The position numbers were made by a program, and so were the translations under genes. This document shows positions 1-10,338 of a stretch of DNA of 64,000 nt, piece after piece. Under the pieces are notes generated by a model that did not search any database, was not told the origin of the DNA, and worked only from the letters and a program-made list of their open reading frames with translations. Source of the stretch: a virus (Duplodnaviria; Heunggongvirae; Uroviricota; Caudoviricetes); IMG/VR virus record IMGVR_UViG_2681813318_000003; one strand, given 5' to 3'. How positions within the stretch are numbered: the stretch's first letter is position 1; each line of letters opens with the position of its first letter.

Positions 1-167
1 CCTTCCAACCGAGTTGATGAACTCCTGCCATGGAACGTAGTACTCACCAATAAATAAGCGTCAATACGGTGCTCCGTTGACGCTTACAATCGAGATCGAG
101 TAATTTGGTCATTGGTTAAAATCCTTTTAAAAGAGAGGCCCATCCTGAGCCTCTGCTTAATTACTGA

Positions 168-914
168 TTAATCTGCGGGGTTAATCGTTACTGATTTAGT
201 TGCCTTCTTACCACCGCTATTGCTGGTGAAGGAGATATTTGTAGAACCCTGCGCCACACCACGTACCAGACCCGTTTGATCTACCGTGGCCTTTTCCTGG
301 TCTTCGGATTCCCAAACACCGGTTTTGTCTGCGGCATCAGCTGGAGTGATTTCGGCTGTCAGTTGCACAGTTTCTCCAGCTTTTACGGTTGGAGATTCCG
401 GTGCGATCGACACAGTTTTTACCGGTTTAGGGCCGCTCATTCTTCCCAGAACGCCTTCGTCATCAGGGTATGCGCTGAACTGAACAGAGAACACACGAAC
501 ATCATCAGACTGGTAGGTCATAGTGAAGTTGCCCGCGGTTGCCGCTTTCGGGATGGTCAACACATAGTCGGTGGTGTCCTGCGGAGTCAGAACCAGCTCC
601 TTCGCCACATCAATCAGGTTAACGCCCTGTGCAGATGTGATCGTGACAGAGTTGTCATCTTCGCTCAGAGTAGAACCAGGCATCAGGTCAACCATGTTTT
701 GGAGTACAGACTCAGCCAGAGGCGCGGTGATGGTAATGTTGCGCCCCTGAACTAATTCGGAAATTACGGTCTGCCCCAACTGATCGACGGTGACTTTCAG
801 CGTTTCAGTGGCTACTTCAACCTGAACACCACCTTTGGTGTAACCCAAATCCACACCACCAAACGACACCTTACAGGCACCAAGTTTGATGTTTTTTACA
901 TGGGTATTAGACAT
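168..914 (-). CDS. Major tail protein with C-terminal Ig-like (Big_2-type) domain
   Basis: ORF 168..950; probable start ATG at 914 preceded by AAGGAG. N-terminal tube-like region plus C-terminal Ig-like repeat, same architecture as lambda gpV-type tail proteins. Last gene of the virion operon inside the window. Confidence 0.55.
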   Translation of the reverse strand: MSNTHVKNIKLGACKVSFGGVDLGYTKGGVQVEVATETLKVTVDQLGQTVISELVQGRNITITAPLAESVLQNMVDLMPGSTLSEDDNSVTITSAQGVNLIDVAKELVLTPQDTTDYVLTIPKAATAGNFTMTYQSDDVRVFSVQFSAYPDDEGVLGRMSGPKPVKTVSIAPESPTVKAGETVQLTAEITPADAADKTGVWESEDQEKATVDQTGLVRGVAQGSTNISFTSNSGGKKATKSVTINPAD

Positions 915-988
915 TGATGGAAAACTCCTTTTTCCGTTAATTCTACGCATTCATTGCGCTAATAGTAAGTATATACTTACTAATTGAG

Positions 989-1345
989 TTAATTCAATAA
1001 ATAGCCAGCAAATTCAACAGGAATGCCTGCTTCTATTAATGCCCCATCATTTTTGGGATAAATGATTGGCATCGCCATCGGTCGTACAAGTCGAAAATAA
1101 ACACCACCAGATTCCGTTTCCTCTACTGGAAACATCTCAATGATTTTATTGGCTTTCTCAACCGTCGTAGTAATTGACGAACCACGCACAATGATTGTGA
1201 ATGATTCGAGATAAAAGCCCTGTAGCTCATGATCGATGCTGATACCGGTATTTGGGTTAATAAGCAGGACGCCAGATTTCACATTGGCAGGCAAGTAGTG
1301 ACAGAAAATGTCAGTCCCGACCGTGCCAATCTTTGCCTTCTGCAT
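989..1345 (-). CDS. Tail component (possible tail terminator or completion protein)
   Basis: ORF 989..1495 trimmed to the internal ATG at 1345 so it does not overlap the upstream gene; lies between head-tail genes and the major tail gene. Confidence 0.35.
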   Translation of the reverse strand: MQKAKIGTVGTDIFCHYLPANVKSGVLLINPNTGISIDHELQGFYLESFTIIVRGSSITTTVEKANKIIEMFPVEETESGGVYFRLVRPMAMPIIYPKNDGALIEAGIPVEFAGYLLN

Positions 1346-1373
1346 CAAACTTGCAAACGCTTCAATAAACACA

Positions 1374-1847
1374 TTAACCTCTCGTAAATCCGGCTTTTCT
1401 GGCAGCCTCAAGAATCGCTTCTGAGAACTGCTTCTCGCTAATTTCCACCGCTCTTTCCAGAAAGTGTGGCCCAACACGGGGTTTAACACCGGCAATTGGT
1501 GGGTTTGTCACGTTCTTCATTCGAGAAAGATAACCGAGTCGGTATTTACCCAGCTCCATGTACTTAGCATAGTCACCTACTTCTACGCCCGGATGCCCCT
1601 GACGTGGTTTTGCTCCAGACACAGAAAGCTCAATACGCAGCCCTGAATAACCTTCTTTAATCACCCTGGCAAAGATGGCTGTCTCCAGAGATCCGGTTTC
1701 CAGCGGGGCCATTGCACGGCTGAAACGCTCAACCAAACGCGCCAGCTTTTCCATGTCCCGAATAAGATATCGCTTAAATGCTTTCTGGCTGTTGTTGAGT
1801 CTATTCCCCGCACGTTTGAACTGATGCGCATCGTATTTCAGACCCAT
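1374..1847 (-). CDS. Head-tail joining or tail component (HK97 gp10-like, tentative)
   Basis: 157-aa ORF in the conserved position between head-closure genes and the tail terminator. Confidence 0.35.
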   Translation of the reverse strand: MGLKYDAHQFKRAGNRLNNSQKAFKRYLIRDMEKLARLVERFSRAMAPLETGSLETAIFARVIKEGYSGLRIELSVSGAKPRQGHPGVEVGDYAKYMELGKYRLGYLSRMKNVTNPPIAGVKPRVGPHFLERAVEISEKQFSEAILEAARKAGFTRG

Positions 1848-2182
1848 ATATTCGCCCCTACTTCAAGATGCCCAGGTCTTCCTCGTAGCCCCCAGCGGCG
1901 ATGAACACTGGACACCTTTAATTTTTGACCTTCAAGGATCAGTACATCATCAAGTTGTACAGCCGCTTCCAAAGGGACAACTAACACAGCATCAAACAGC
2001 TCCAGACTCGCCTTACCACGACTACCAGAGCTATCAGCACGAACTGACGATTTCTCATTACTCTGTTCGAACTTAACCACGCCGACATTCGTCTTCCTGA
2101 CGAATTGTAATTGCGCCTCACCGTAAACGTTCTTTGCGCCAAAGCGGTAGATCGCAATTTCTGTTTGCCATGAAATATTCAT
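1838..2182 (-). CDS. Head-tail connector or head closure protein (tentative)
   Basis: ORF 1838..2278 trimmed to ATG 2182 with SD-like CAGGGAGAG upstream; synteny only. Confidence 0.3.
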   Translation of the reverse strand: MNISWQTEIAIYRFGAKNVYGEAQLQFVRKTNVGVVKFEQSNEKSSVRADSSGSRGKASLELFDAVLVVPLEAAVQLDDVLILEGQKLKVSSVHRRWGLRGRPGHLEVGANIWV

Positions 2183-2261
2183 GCTCTCTCCCTGTTGTTG
2201 TCGGTCGCTCTCATTACTGGCCAAAAACCCTTTAGACCAAAAGTAAATAATGCGACTGGCG

Positions 2262-3095
2262 TTACGCACGGCGAACAATCATACGGTTGTTGATGTAACT
2301 GACCAGCAAGCGCCAGGTACTACGAGCCACATGCACGTTTGCAGCTTTACCGGTACGGTACATGTTGGTTGTTTCACCGATGGACTCTGACAAAATGCCA
2401 TCCTCTCGTGCTGCGGCTACATCATTGCCATTTGCGATCTCACACGCTTCGTTGACAACGGCAAGCATCAACGCTTCTTTGAAGTAGTCAGGGAACTCTT
2501 CAAACTTCTCCTGCGTCATCTTTTCCCAATCGACTAAATCATGCCGGTACGCTCCATCTGCTCCCCACGGAATGTCATACACATTCAGCATATTTTGAGG
2601 GCGATCGTATCGGTCAAAGTCGATACGTAGAATTTTGCGGATTGAGAACGGTAAAGTTTTAATACGTCTGGTAGCCTCAATGAGACGCTTGCGCATTAAG
2701 CCTTCACCATCCGACAGCAAAGTGTCCCCATTCAGCATATCGATCGCCTGCATTTGAGCATCAGCGACAGTTGCAAACGACTGTTCTGGTATCGACAGTT
2801 CAAAAGTATTCAGCAGAACATACATTTGACGCTCTTCATGCGTCAGGCCCGATGCAACAGCCTTCACAATGACGTACCGCAGATCTCGCTCTTTCTCAGA
2901 GAGCTGGTTATATTCAGCCGACACGACAACCGGAATCGACATTTGACCGTTGGTAATTTCTAGCGGCTCGCCATCAACGAGAATAGCCCCGGTGCTGTCC
3001 TTTACTGTGTAGGTGGCAGATTCGATATCCAGCACGTTGAAGGCAAATGAAAGAGAAACAGCTTCACCGCTACGATACGAGTCGATCTGCGCCAT
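2262..3095 (-). CDS. Hypothetical virion protein (possible head-tail adaptor)
   Basis: 277-aa ORF within the structural operon, start coupled to the stop of the upstream gene. Confidence 0.3.
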   Translation of the reverse strand: MAQIDSYRSGEAVSLSFAFNVLDIESATYTVKDSTGAILVDGEPLEITNGQMSIPVVVSAEYNQLSEKERDLRYVIVKAVASGLTHEERQMYVLLNTFELSIPEQSFATVADAQMQAIDMLNGDTLLSDGEGLMRKRLIEATRRIKTLPFSIRKILRIDFDRYDRPQNMLNVYDIPWGADGAYRHDLVDWEKMTQEKFEEFPDYFKEALMLAVVNEACEIANGNDVAAAREDGILSESIGETTNMYRTGKAANVHVARSTWRLLVSYINNRMIVRRA

Positions 3096-3529
3096 TACTC
3101 ACCACCTTGTGCTTTCAGGATGCCGTCAATCATTTCGACAATTCCTTTCGCTTTGACACCAACCTGATTACCAATAACTCGTAGACCGGCAATACCTTCG
3201 TTGTCTGCAATTGACTCCAGCTCTTCTCGTGTGAAAGTCTGGATCTGTTTGGCCGGTTCATCTGGTGTCCCACGTTTCATTGGCACAATGTCAGGCGCTG
3301 CTGGCTCGGTAATCAGGTCTGCTGTCAATTCACCACGATCACTGTATGCGGCAGACGGAGAAACATTTTTGCCCTCTACTGTTGACGCTCGCATTGAAGC
3401 ACAAATCCTCTGCTGATCGATAAAAGGCAACTCCGCTACGGATACCCCGTTCTCGAACTGAACGCCACACAGCATTCCCGAATAACCGGAAAATTGCGGT
3501 TCTAATAAAACAATTTTTGCTGGTTTCAT
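3095..3529 (-). CDS. Hypothetical virion protein
   Basis: 144-aa ORF, ATG at 3529 with GAGAGAAAG upstream; position between decoration and head-tail genes. Confidence 0.3.
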   Translation of the reverse strand: MKPAKIVLLEPQFSGYSGMLCGVQFENGVSVAELPFIDQQRICASMRASTVEGKNVSPSAAYSDRGELTADLITEPAAPDIVPMKRGTPDEPAKQIQTFTREELESIADNEGIAGLRVIGNQVGVKAKGIVEMIDGILKAQGGE

Positions 3530-3573
3530 AACGCTTTCTCTCTACATGGGCGGCTTTCGCCGCCCAATATTGA

Positions 3574-4494
3574 TTATTCCTGTGCAGCAGTGACTTCTAC
3601 GGTCGCTGTCGCTTTGTGGCTACCATCTTGGGTAGTAACCTCGATTGTGGCAGTACCAGCCGCAACGCCAGTTACAACACCGGTTTCGCTATCAACCGTT
3701 GCAAACTCGGTATTTTTGGATTCCCAAGTAACGGTTTTATTTGTTGCTCCTGCCGGCTCGACATTTGCGGTCAGCTGAACAGTTTTGTTTGCCTCAACGG
3801 TTGTGCTATTTGGGTCGATTTCGACGCCGGTAACAGCCACAACAGGCGCAGTTACTTCCACCGTTGCAGTTGCCTTTTTGCTGCCATCTTGGGAAACGAT
3901 CTCAATCGTCGCAGTGCCAACTTCTACACCAGTAACGTTCCCGCTCTGGTCTACCGTTGCCTTATCTTCATTTTTTGAAGACCAGGTAACAGCCTTATTC
4001 GTCGCATTTGACGGCTGAACATTCGCTTTCAGACTGACTGATTTCCCTTTCTCAACAGAGGTTGAGTCTGGCGTTACCGTTACGGATTGAACGGCTACCG
4101 GATTTACGGTGACTTCCACTGACGCGGAAAGCTGGGTTTCCTGATCAGTTGCAGTAATTTTTACTTTGCCTGGTGCTACACCAGTTACTAATCCAGTGCC
4201 GTTAACGGCTGCAATTTGATCATTAGCTGACTTCCAAGTGAATGAACTGGCACTCTTACCCATACTAATACCTGCACTAAGTTGAACAGTTTTCCCAACC
4301 AAAACTGACGGTGAAGCCGGGGTTATGTTTACGGATTGGGAGAGGGGAACCGCCTGCAAACAAGCAGATAGCTGACTTTGTTGCCGCTCGGTTAAAGGTT
4401 CATCGGAGATAGAATTGGTAAATCCGGCGCGGCACATATGCCCCGTAAAATCCGAAAATGCCTCTTCCGTAATCTTCATCTTTTGTTCTGGCAT
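3574..4494 (-). CDS. Ig-like domain (three Big_2-type repeats) head decoration protein
   Basis: Three tandem about 80-aa repeats of the type VTVTP..SV..G..V.L.A.V.P..A.NK.VTW.S...ATV; ATG 4494 preceded by AGGAG; directly downstream of the capsid gene. Confidence 0.55.
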   Translation of the reverse strand: MPEQKMKITEEAFSDFTGHMCRAGFTNSISDEPLTERQQSQLSACLQAVPLSQSVNITPASPSVLVGKTVQLSAGISMGKSASSFTWKSANDQIAAVNGTGLVTGVAPGKVKITATDQETQLSASVEVTVNPVAVQSVTVTPDSTSVEKGKSVSLKANVQPSNATNKAVTWSSKNEDKATVDQSGNVTGVEVGTATIEIVSQDGSKKATATVEVTAPVVAVTGVEIDPNSTTVEANKTVQLTANVEPAGATNKTVTWESKNTEFATVDSETGVVTGVAAGTATIEVTTQDGSHKATATVEVTAAQE

Positions 4495-4510
4495 TTCTTG
4501 CTCCTACAAA

Positions 4511-4536
4511 AAGGGTGGGCGTATAGCCCACCCTTA
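4511..4536 (-). terminator. Rho-independent terminator or attenuator after the capsid gene
   Basis: GGGTGGGC..GCCCACCC hairpin followed by a T-run on the minus strand, between capsid and decoration genes. Confidence 0.5.
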
Positions 4537-4567
4537 AACATAGATAATTGCTTATCTACCACACTGA

Positions 4568-5443
4568 TTAAATTTTTACATTGGTCAGTGCAGCGATAGC
4601 CTTATCGTGCTTATTCGCCAGAGAGCAGTACCACTTCACACGGGTACGTACTGCGTCTTTGTTCTGTACAGTACCAATGTTTTCAACAACGATACCTGCG
4701 TTATCGCCGCCATACAGACCAGTAACGCCGTTCTCTTCTGACAGATGCAGGCAATAGATGCTTGCTTTGCCAGCATCGGTCGGGATGAAGTCGTTGATGA
4801 TGAACGGAACGCCGTTATGACACAGCATCGGACGACCAAAGTTCTCCATCATGATTTCAGACGGACCTACGTTTACTGTACGCAGCAGCGCACGATAAGC
4901 ACGCAGGTGCTCTGAACGCATCATGATGCAGTCAGCACCAAGATCTTTCACCGCATCGACCAGTTCGTCGAACATAGAGAAAGTCATAGATGCACCGGCG
5001 ATATCGATCTTCTGATCTGCGTGCATCAGGCGTGGAATGCCGTCAAACGCTTTGTTGTTGGAGCTGGAGTCACCCAAAATCAGGTTGCGGCGGAACGCAC
5101 GAGCCAGACCTTTAACTTTCTGACGAACCTGAATAGCCAACTGGTTATTGGTGTCGGCCATAGTGGTTGCCAGGAATTTATCAACGTCTACGTCACCAGC
5201 CAGAATACGCAGTTTCGCAACGCATTCTTCGAAGGTTGCTGCACCTTCCGGGATGGTGTCGTTAACGTCGATGAAGGTAGCTTCACTCAGCGTTTTTTCA
5301 CGGTTGTACAGATATGCCTTTGAAGTAATTTTCATAAAAGGCAGGATGGCAAACAGGTCATCGCGATCGATGATGGTTTCAATCACGCCCTGTTCAAGTT
5401 CGTTGTTAGACAGCTTTTCAGCTTCTTCACGCAGTAATGGCAT
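4568..5443 (-). CDS. Major capsid protein (HK97 fold)
   Basis: 291-aa ORF with AAAGGGA SD; follows portal and scaffold in canonical order; terminator downstream consistent with high expression. Confidence 0.65.
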   Translation of the reverse strand: MPLLREEAEKLSNNELEQGVIETIIDRDDLFAILPFMKITSKAYLYNREKTLSEATFIDVNDTIPEGAATFEECVAKLRILAGDVDVDKFLATTMADTNNQLAIQVRQKVKGLARAFRRNLILGDSSSNNKAFDGIPRLMHADQKIDIAGASMTFSMFDELVDAVKDLGADCIMMRSEHLRAYRALLRTVNVGPSEIMMENFGRPMLCHNGVPFIINDFIPTDAGKASIYCLHLSEENGVTGLYGGDNAGIVVENIGTVQNKDAVRTRVKWYCSLANKHDKAIAALTNVKI

Positions 5444-5468
5444 CTATCAATTCCCTTTGATTTAGATG

Positions 5469-6356
5469 TTACTTAAGTCCAATTTTCCCCAGACCGGAGG
5501 CCAACTTATCCATAGTCGACTTGTTCTTCGGTTGGGATATTGTGTAGGTCGATTTGGAATGTGAGCCTACACCCTGCTTGGCTTCGCTACGCATCAATGC
5601 GTCAGCTTCCGGATCTGCCCGCACAATGCGTTCAATCGCGGATTCAAACGGCAACGGCTTACCTTCACCGTCAACCAGAACAGCTCGTTCTTTATGACCT
5701 GCCGGTTTGTCATAACCCACTACGCTACCGTCTTCACCCACTTCAAAATGAGAACCGTAGATCACGCGGGCTTTTGCCGGAGTCATCAGAACTTTGTCAC
5801 GTAGGAAGAGAGAGTTACTGAAGGAAGCGCCCACGGTCATCTCGACTAATTGAGATTTCAGTGATGCGTTTTCACTTTCCAGTGCTGCATAACGTTCGTC
5901 ACGCTGTGCCAGCTCTGCCTGGTGTGCTTCGATCATCTGTTTTTTAACAGCATCGAACTCACCACGACGCTCCAGTTCAGCTTGCTCCGCCTCACGACGT
6001 GCGTTTTCTGCGGCCTGTTCAGCTTCTAAAAGCTGGCGAGCACGCGCCGGGTCGATATCACCGTACTGAGCAAGCTGATCGGCCAATGTGCGCTCTTTCT
6101 CTTTGCGCTTCATGTTCTCTTTCAGCAGTTCAGCACCAGCTTTCTTGGTTTTGCGAAGTTCGACCAGTAACTCTTCATGAGTCATGCCAGCGTATTCGTC
6201 ATCACCCTTCGGCTGCTCTTTTTGTTCACCCTGCTTGTCAGGATCTTGTGTACTCTGCTCATTATCAGCAGCTACACCGCCAGCGCCCCCACGCTCATGC
6301 GCTTCAGCAACATCCATCAGACCACGACGGGCCAAAAGCATTTGCCACAGTTTCAT
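5469..6356 (-). CDS. Scaffolding protein
   Basis: 295 aa, strongly charged E/A/Q/R-rich central coiled-coil-like region; located between portal and capsid genes. Confidence 0.5.
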   Translation of the reverse strand: MKLWQMLLARRGLMDVAEAHERGGAGGVAADNEQSTQDPDKQGEQKEQPKGDDEYAGMTHEELLVELRKTKKAGAELLKENMKRKEKERTLADQLAQYGDIDPARARQLLEAEQAAENARREAEQAELERRGEFDAVKKQMIEAHQAELAQRDERYAALESENASLKSQLVEMTVGASFSNSLFLRDKVLMTPAKARVIYGSHFEVGEDGSVVGYDKPAGHKERAVLVDGEGKPLPFESAIERIVRADPEADALMRSEAKQGVGSHSKSTYTISQPKNKSTMDKLASGLGKIGLK

Positions 6357-6377
6357 AAAAATTCCCTTTGTTACTTA

Positions 6378-7952
6378 TCACTCGTTCTCTTGAGTAGATG
6401 AGTCCCCATTCCCTCGGGGTTGATCTTGCCCGCTTTCTTGGGCCACACCACGATCATAAGTAAGTACTGACTTATTTTCAAGGGTATTTAGATCATTTTT
6501 TGGCGGAAAATTCAAGAGATCTTTATCAAATTCCTTTTTCATCGCCTCAGTAATGTTCGGGAAAATCTTCTCAATAAGCATTTCCATCTGGTGACGACGT
6601 ACAGAGTCCGGTGCCTGAAGTAATGACAGTTTCTCGGCAACAGAAAATTCATCTGTAAGGCCACGAATATCGAAACTTTCTGGATACGCAATTAAAGAGT
6701 GGTCTTCGTCCAGATCTACCCCCATCCATTTCGCAACCAGTAGCATGATTTGGCGTTCAGCCCTTTCCAGACGCTCTGCTTTTGTGACAAGCAAGCTATT
6801 TACACGCTGGAAGTCATACATTTTTGCGGCACCAGATGAGTTATCGATTCCCTGTGCGTTGTCCTGCTTCGTTCGCTCACCAGCTACACCAACTGAATGG
6901 TAGATTTCGTTAATCACCGTCTTAATCGTAGTGATGATCATCTGAGCTTGTTTCGGGTCTGGTGACAGATAAAACGGCTGGTTTCCACCTTCAGAATCGT
7001 AGGTGAAGACTCGCTTTGTGCCCATTTCAAGCACTTTAGTGTGGTTTTCATCACCAGGTAAAAGCGACTGTACCGGTATAGCCAACTGGCTAAATGTCTG
7101 ATCCTGAATAATGGCATCAAGGTTTGACAGATAGTTTGCAACCGCACGATCAAGATAAGCGATATCATCGATCAACGATGGGCTGAAATACGGTGATTCA
7201 CTTTCTCCAATACAATCAACAGGAAACACAGGAACTACGCCGAGATTATGCTCACCGCTATCCTCTAAAATAACTTTTGCCTGACGGCGACCTGCTCCAC
7301 CAGCGCCCTTCTTCACTTCCTCACGGAACAGATACCACTCGTTTTGTGTCCACAGACGATAACGTTGGTATTCCTGACCTGTAGAAGTAAAAGGATCTGC
7401 GTCATCACGAGCGACTTCCACAATTAACGCCCACAACATATTCCCGTCGTCGTCCCATGCCACATCCAGCATTTGCTGAGGTGAAATCCAGTAGGCGTAG
7501 GCGCGAGCATCTTTCTTTTTCTCGTCAGCTACTGACTCAACATCACCACTCATCGTGCTATCGACAACAACCCATATGCGACCGTAAATAGACGACTGCA
7601 AATCAATAGCGGCCATAAATAAGTCAATAGAGGCATTCTGGCGAGTCGCACGTTTCCAGAAATTGCGGATCTGCTCTGGTGCCTCTTCGATATTTCTATG
7701 AATGTCTTCTTTAAAGAGATATTTGTTGATGAGGTTTACCACCTCACGAGTGTGGTTGAAGCGATAAGCACGTTCAACTCGCTCCTTAAACTCCTGATCT
7801 CCCTCTTTAAAGTAACGAAAGATATTGTCTGTAAACCAACCACGCCCGCCAGCGTAAGTGCTGGCGAGGAAGTCCCAATGTTCTTTTTTCTTTTCGTATT
7901 CCGGGTGGCGTCGCGCCACCAGATCCTTAATTTGTTTGTCGTTCAATTCCAT
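6378..7952 (-). CDS. Portal protein
   Basis: 524-aa ORF immediately downstream of terminase large subunit; size and position typical of portal. Confidence 0.65.
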   Translation of the reverse strand: MELNDKQIKDLVARRHPEYEKKKEHWDFLASTYAGGRGWFTDNIFRYFKEGDQEFKERVERAYRFNHTREVVNLINKYLFKEDIHRNIEEAPEQIRNFWKRATRQNASIDLFMAAIDLQSSIYGRIWVVVDSTMSGDVESVADEKKKDARAYAYWISPQQMLDVAWDDDGNMLWALIVEVARDDADPFTSTGQEYQRYRLWTQNEWYLFREEVKKGAGGAGRRQAKVILEDSGEHNLGVVPVFPVDCIGESESPYFSPSLIDDIAYLDRAVANYLSNLDAIIQDQTFSQLAIPVQSLLPGDENHTKVLEMGTKRVFTYDSEGGNQPFYLSPDPKQAQMIITTIKTVINEIYHSVGVAGERTKQDNAQGIDNSSGAAKMYDFQRVNSLLVTKAERLERAERQIMLLVAKWMGVDLDEDHSLIAYPESFDIRGLTDEFSVAEKLSLLQAPDSVRRHQMEMLIEKIFPNITEAMKKEFDKDLLNFPPKNDLNTLENKSVLTYDRGVAQESGQDQPRGNGDSSTQENE

Positions 7953-7978
7953 TTGAATAACCTTAGATAATTACTTAC

Positions 7979-9235
7979 CTATCGAGAACCACCAAGAATA
8001 ACACGGTTTTTGACTGGATACCTACGATGTACTGGATAGCCCAATGCGTCTGCACTATGCTCAATGCCACCTGTCTTATCCATATCTCGTGTTCCAGGCT
8101 TGTAGATGACTTTTTCCAGTGAATCAATCAAATGCTTGCACTTCGGATCGATATACAGCCGGATATCTCCAGATGCGGTCATCAGCATTCGGTTAACAGC
8201 ATTAACACGATCCGCAATTGGCGGGTGCTTTTTCGAATAATCGACACGTAAGAATCCCTTCTCTTTGAATATGTCGACGTCAGACTCCCCGCGAGCATGT
8301 TGGCGATAAGCACCTGCCGGATCTGGAAATATCGTTATCTGTGATTTCCAGCGCCAGAAGCGTCTCTCAAGCTCATCACAAACCTCTGCCGTGTTAGAGG
8401 AAAAGAGCACCAATTCATCAATTGCCCATAGTTCACCATTTGGCTGAGGTTGCAAAATTACGGAAGACATCGGGTCAATGTTGAAGTCCTGCCCTACCCA
8501 TATAGGTAACCGAGGGTTGAACTGAAGCGGTTTTACATGCACGTTACGATCGAACGGGTAGTAAACGCGCCCGGACATGTTCTCAAAGCTGGCCAGGTAC
8601 TCCTGAGCGAACGATTTGGGGTCCATATCGTTCTTAGCAGCTTCAATTTCCGCCGTAGGTACAAACGGAGAATCGGCAGTTACAAACTGCCAGCTCTTCC
8701 ACTGTCCCTTTCTTTGCAGCTCTACGTTCTGGCCTATAGTCCACAGTTTGTGAAATTCCGAGAAGCCTTTTGGCGTACCAATGATCAGTGCACCGCCGCG
8801 TGTCGATGAAAGAGTAGGTCGTAACACCTTGTACCAAGTGTCAGCCTTCATATCCTGAAATTCATCAAGCACTACAAAATGCAACGCTACGCCGCGCAGA
8901 GTGTCAGGCTTATCAGCACCTTTGAGGGCGATCTCCGAACCGTTCTTCAACACGATTGTCATCGTGGTGTCGTTCTTTTTCCTAACCCACTTACGAGGCA
9001 GAACTTCCTGTAGATCGTCCCACAAAATCTGGCGAGCCATCTGGTAAGTAGGAGCGACATACCAGACCCTTTGCTTTTTTTCCTTTGCCGCCGCACGAAT
9101 AATAGTGGAGATCGACAACCGGGATTTTCCCCAGCGTCGACCAGCACAAACAACTTTAAATCGATGCGGAGACTGGAAGACTTTCATCTGTCCAGAATGC
9201 AGTTGCACAAGACTGAGCGAGGACGGGATTGCCAT
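7979..9235 (-). CDS. Terminase large subunit
   Basis: N-terminal Walker A-like VVCAGRRWGKS, ATPase plus nuclease size class, start overlapping the stop of the upstream small-subunit gene. Confidence 0.7.
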   Translation of the reverse strand: MAIPSSLSLVQLHSGQMKVFQSPHRFKVVCAGRRWGKSRLSISTIIRAAAKEKKQRVWYVAPTYQMARQILWDDLQEVLPRKWVRKKNDTTMTIVLKNGSEIALKGADKPDTLRGVALHFVVLDEFQDMKADTWYKVLRPTLSSTRGGALIIGTPKGFSEFHKLWTIGQNVELQRKGQWKSWQFVTADSPFVPTAEIEAAKNDMDPKSFAQEYLASFENMSGRVYYPFDRNVHVKPLQFNPRLPIWVGQDFNIDPMSSVILQPQPNGELWAIDELVLFSSNTAEVCDELERRFWRWKSQITIFPDPAGAYRQHARGESDVDIFKEKGFLRVDYSKKHPPIADRVNAVNRMLMTASGDIRLYIDPKCKHLIDSLEKVIYKPGTRDMDKTGGIEHSADALGYPVHRRYPVKNRVILGGSR

Positions 9236-9867
9236 TATTCGTCCTCCCCTTCACTTCCATCATCTGTCGCATCAAATTCGCTTAGAGCTTCTTCTTCCAA
9301 CGTCTCAAGCAATTCGTCATCGATGATTTCAGGCTCGTCGTCTTCCTGACGTAATTTCGCCACCTGGGAAGGCGTAAGCTCACCAAATACCAGATTCGGA
9401 ATTTCTTCCTCGTCATTTTCCGCATGATCCATGCCCAATGCTTTGGACGAAACTTCAAAGCATTTTGCAAGGGTATTACTGGCTCTCTGTAAGCTCTTGA
9501 GAGAATCCTCAATCGCCCCTAAAGGCTTACCCTCACGTTTGGCCGTAGTGACTTCGACCATCACCATCTGCCCCAACGCATACGCCCAGCCGTCATAACG
9601 TGTACGACGTTCTTCTATCTTTTCTGCACGGGCTTTAGCGCGAAGCTCTGCGTCAGATTTAAGAGACTCACGAACCATCTTCCCAACAGAGTCCGCGCCT
9701 TTCTCTAATCCTCGCTTTTTGAAATGTCTGGAGAGTGTTTCACGACGAATGCCGTACTCTTCCTCCAGCTTTGAGAGTGTATATTCGCCTGACGTCCATT
9801 TGGCTTCAGCTTCGGCCCACTCCGCTGGTGTCAGGCGAGTTTTTACCTCGTCTTTTTCGACCGTCAT
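9235..9867 (-). CDS. Terminase small subunit (DNA-binding, acidic C-terminus)
   Basis: 210-aa ORF directly upstream of and translationally coupled to the large subunit; SD AGAGGGA before ATG 9867. Confidence 0.5.
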   Translation of the reverse strand: MTVEKDEVKTRLTPAEWAEAEAKWTSGEYTLSKLEEEYGIRRETLSRHFKKRGLEKGADSVGKMVRESLKSDAELRAKARAEKIEERRTRYDGWAYALGQMVMVEVTTAKREGKPLGAIEDSLKSLQRASNTLAKCFEVSSKALGMDHAENDEEEIPNLVFGELTPSQVAKLRQEDDEPEIIDDELLETLEEEALSEFDATDDGSEGEDE

Positions 9868-9981
9868 AGATCCCTCTAAAACACACAGAGCGCGTCCATG
9901 CGCTCTAAAACAACTTGTTTACTGCATCTGCTAACCAACTTGTTTTCTGGGGTGTTTAATTAGGTCTGGCATGTCTTACGA

Positions 9982-10040
9982 AGCCTGCTTCCGTATATAT
10001 TTAATAAGTTACTTATTATTTATATATACAGATGCAGGTC
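9982..10040. terminator. Long AT-loop hairpin (bidirectional terminator-like)
   Basis: CCTGCTTCCGTATATA..TATATATACAGATGCAGG inverted repeat; a near-identical element recurs at 38654-38710. Confidence 0.45.
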
Positions 10041-10062
10041 TTTAAATAAGCTCCCAGACCGA

Positions 10063-10329
10063 TTACATCACCAGTAACTTCGCTTTGGCTCGACCTAAAG
10101 TGGTTAACCCAAGAGTTCGGCGGTGATAGCGATTGTCACTGCGTTGGCGCGTATGCCCTTTCTCCACCAGCCCCTTTTTTATCAGAGCGCGAATTGAGAA
10201 CTGGATACTTTGCTTGGTTGTCTTGTACGGCAAAACTTCAAGCAATTCGTCCAGGTCAAGTAGATGACCTCGCTCATAACCGAGATTGAGCGTTTTGATG
10301 ATGTCCTTTTGTTTATCGGTTAACGTCAT
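10063..10329 (-). CDS. Small basic DNA-binding protein (winged-helix-like, tentative)
   Basis: 88-aa ORF with SD AAGGA; basic C-terminus; upstream of the packaging genes. Confidence 0.3.
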   Translation of the reverse strand: MTLTDKQKDIIKTLNLGYERGHLLDLDELLEVLPYKTTKQSIQFSIRALIKKGLVEKGHTRQRSDNRYHRRTLGLTTLGRAKAKLLVM

Positions 10330-10338
10330 GGCAAATCC

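Noticed and set aside
276-755. Plus-strand ORFs of 159 and 65 aa inside the major tail gene region
   Set aside because: Antisense to a well-supported structural gene; no SD and low-complexity translations.
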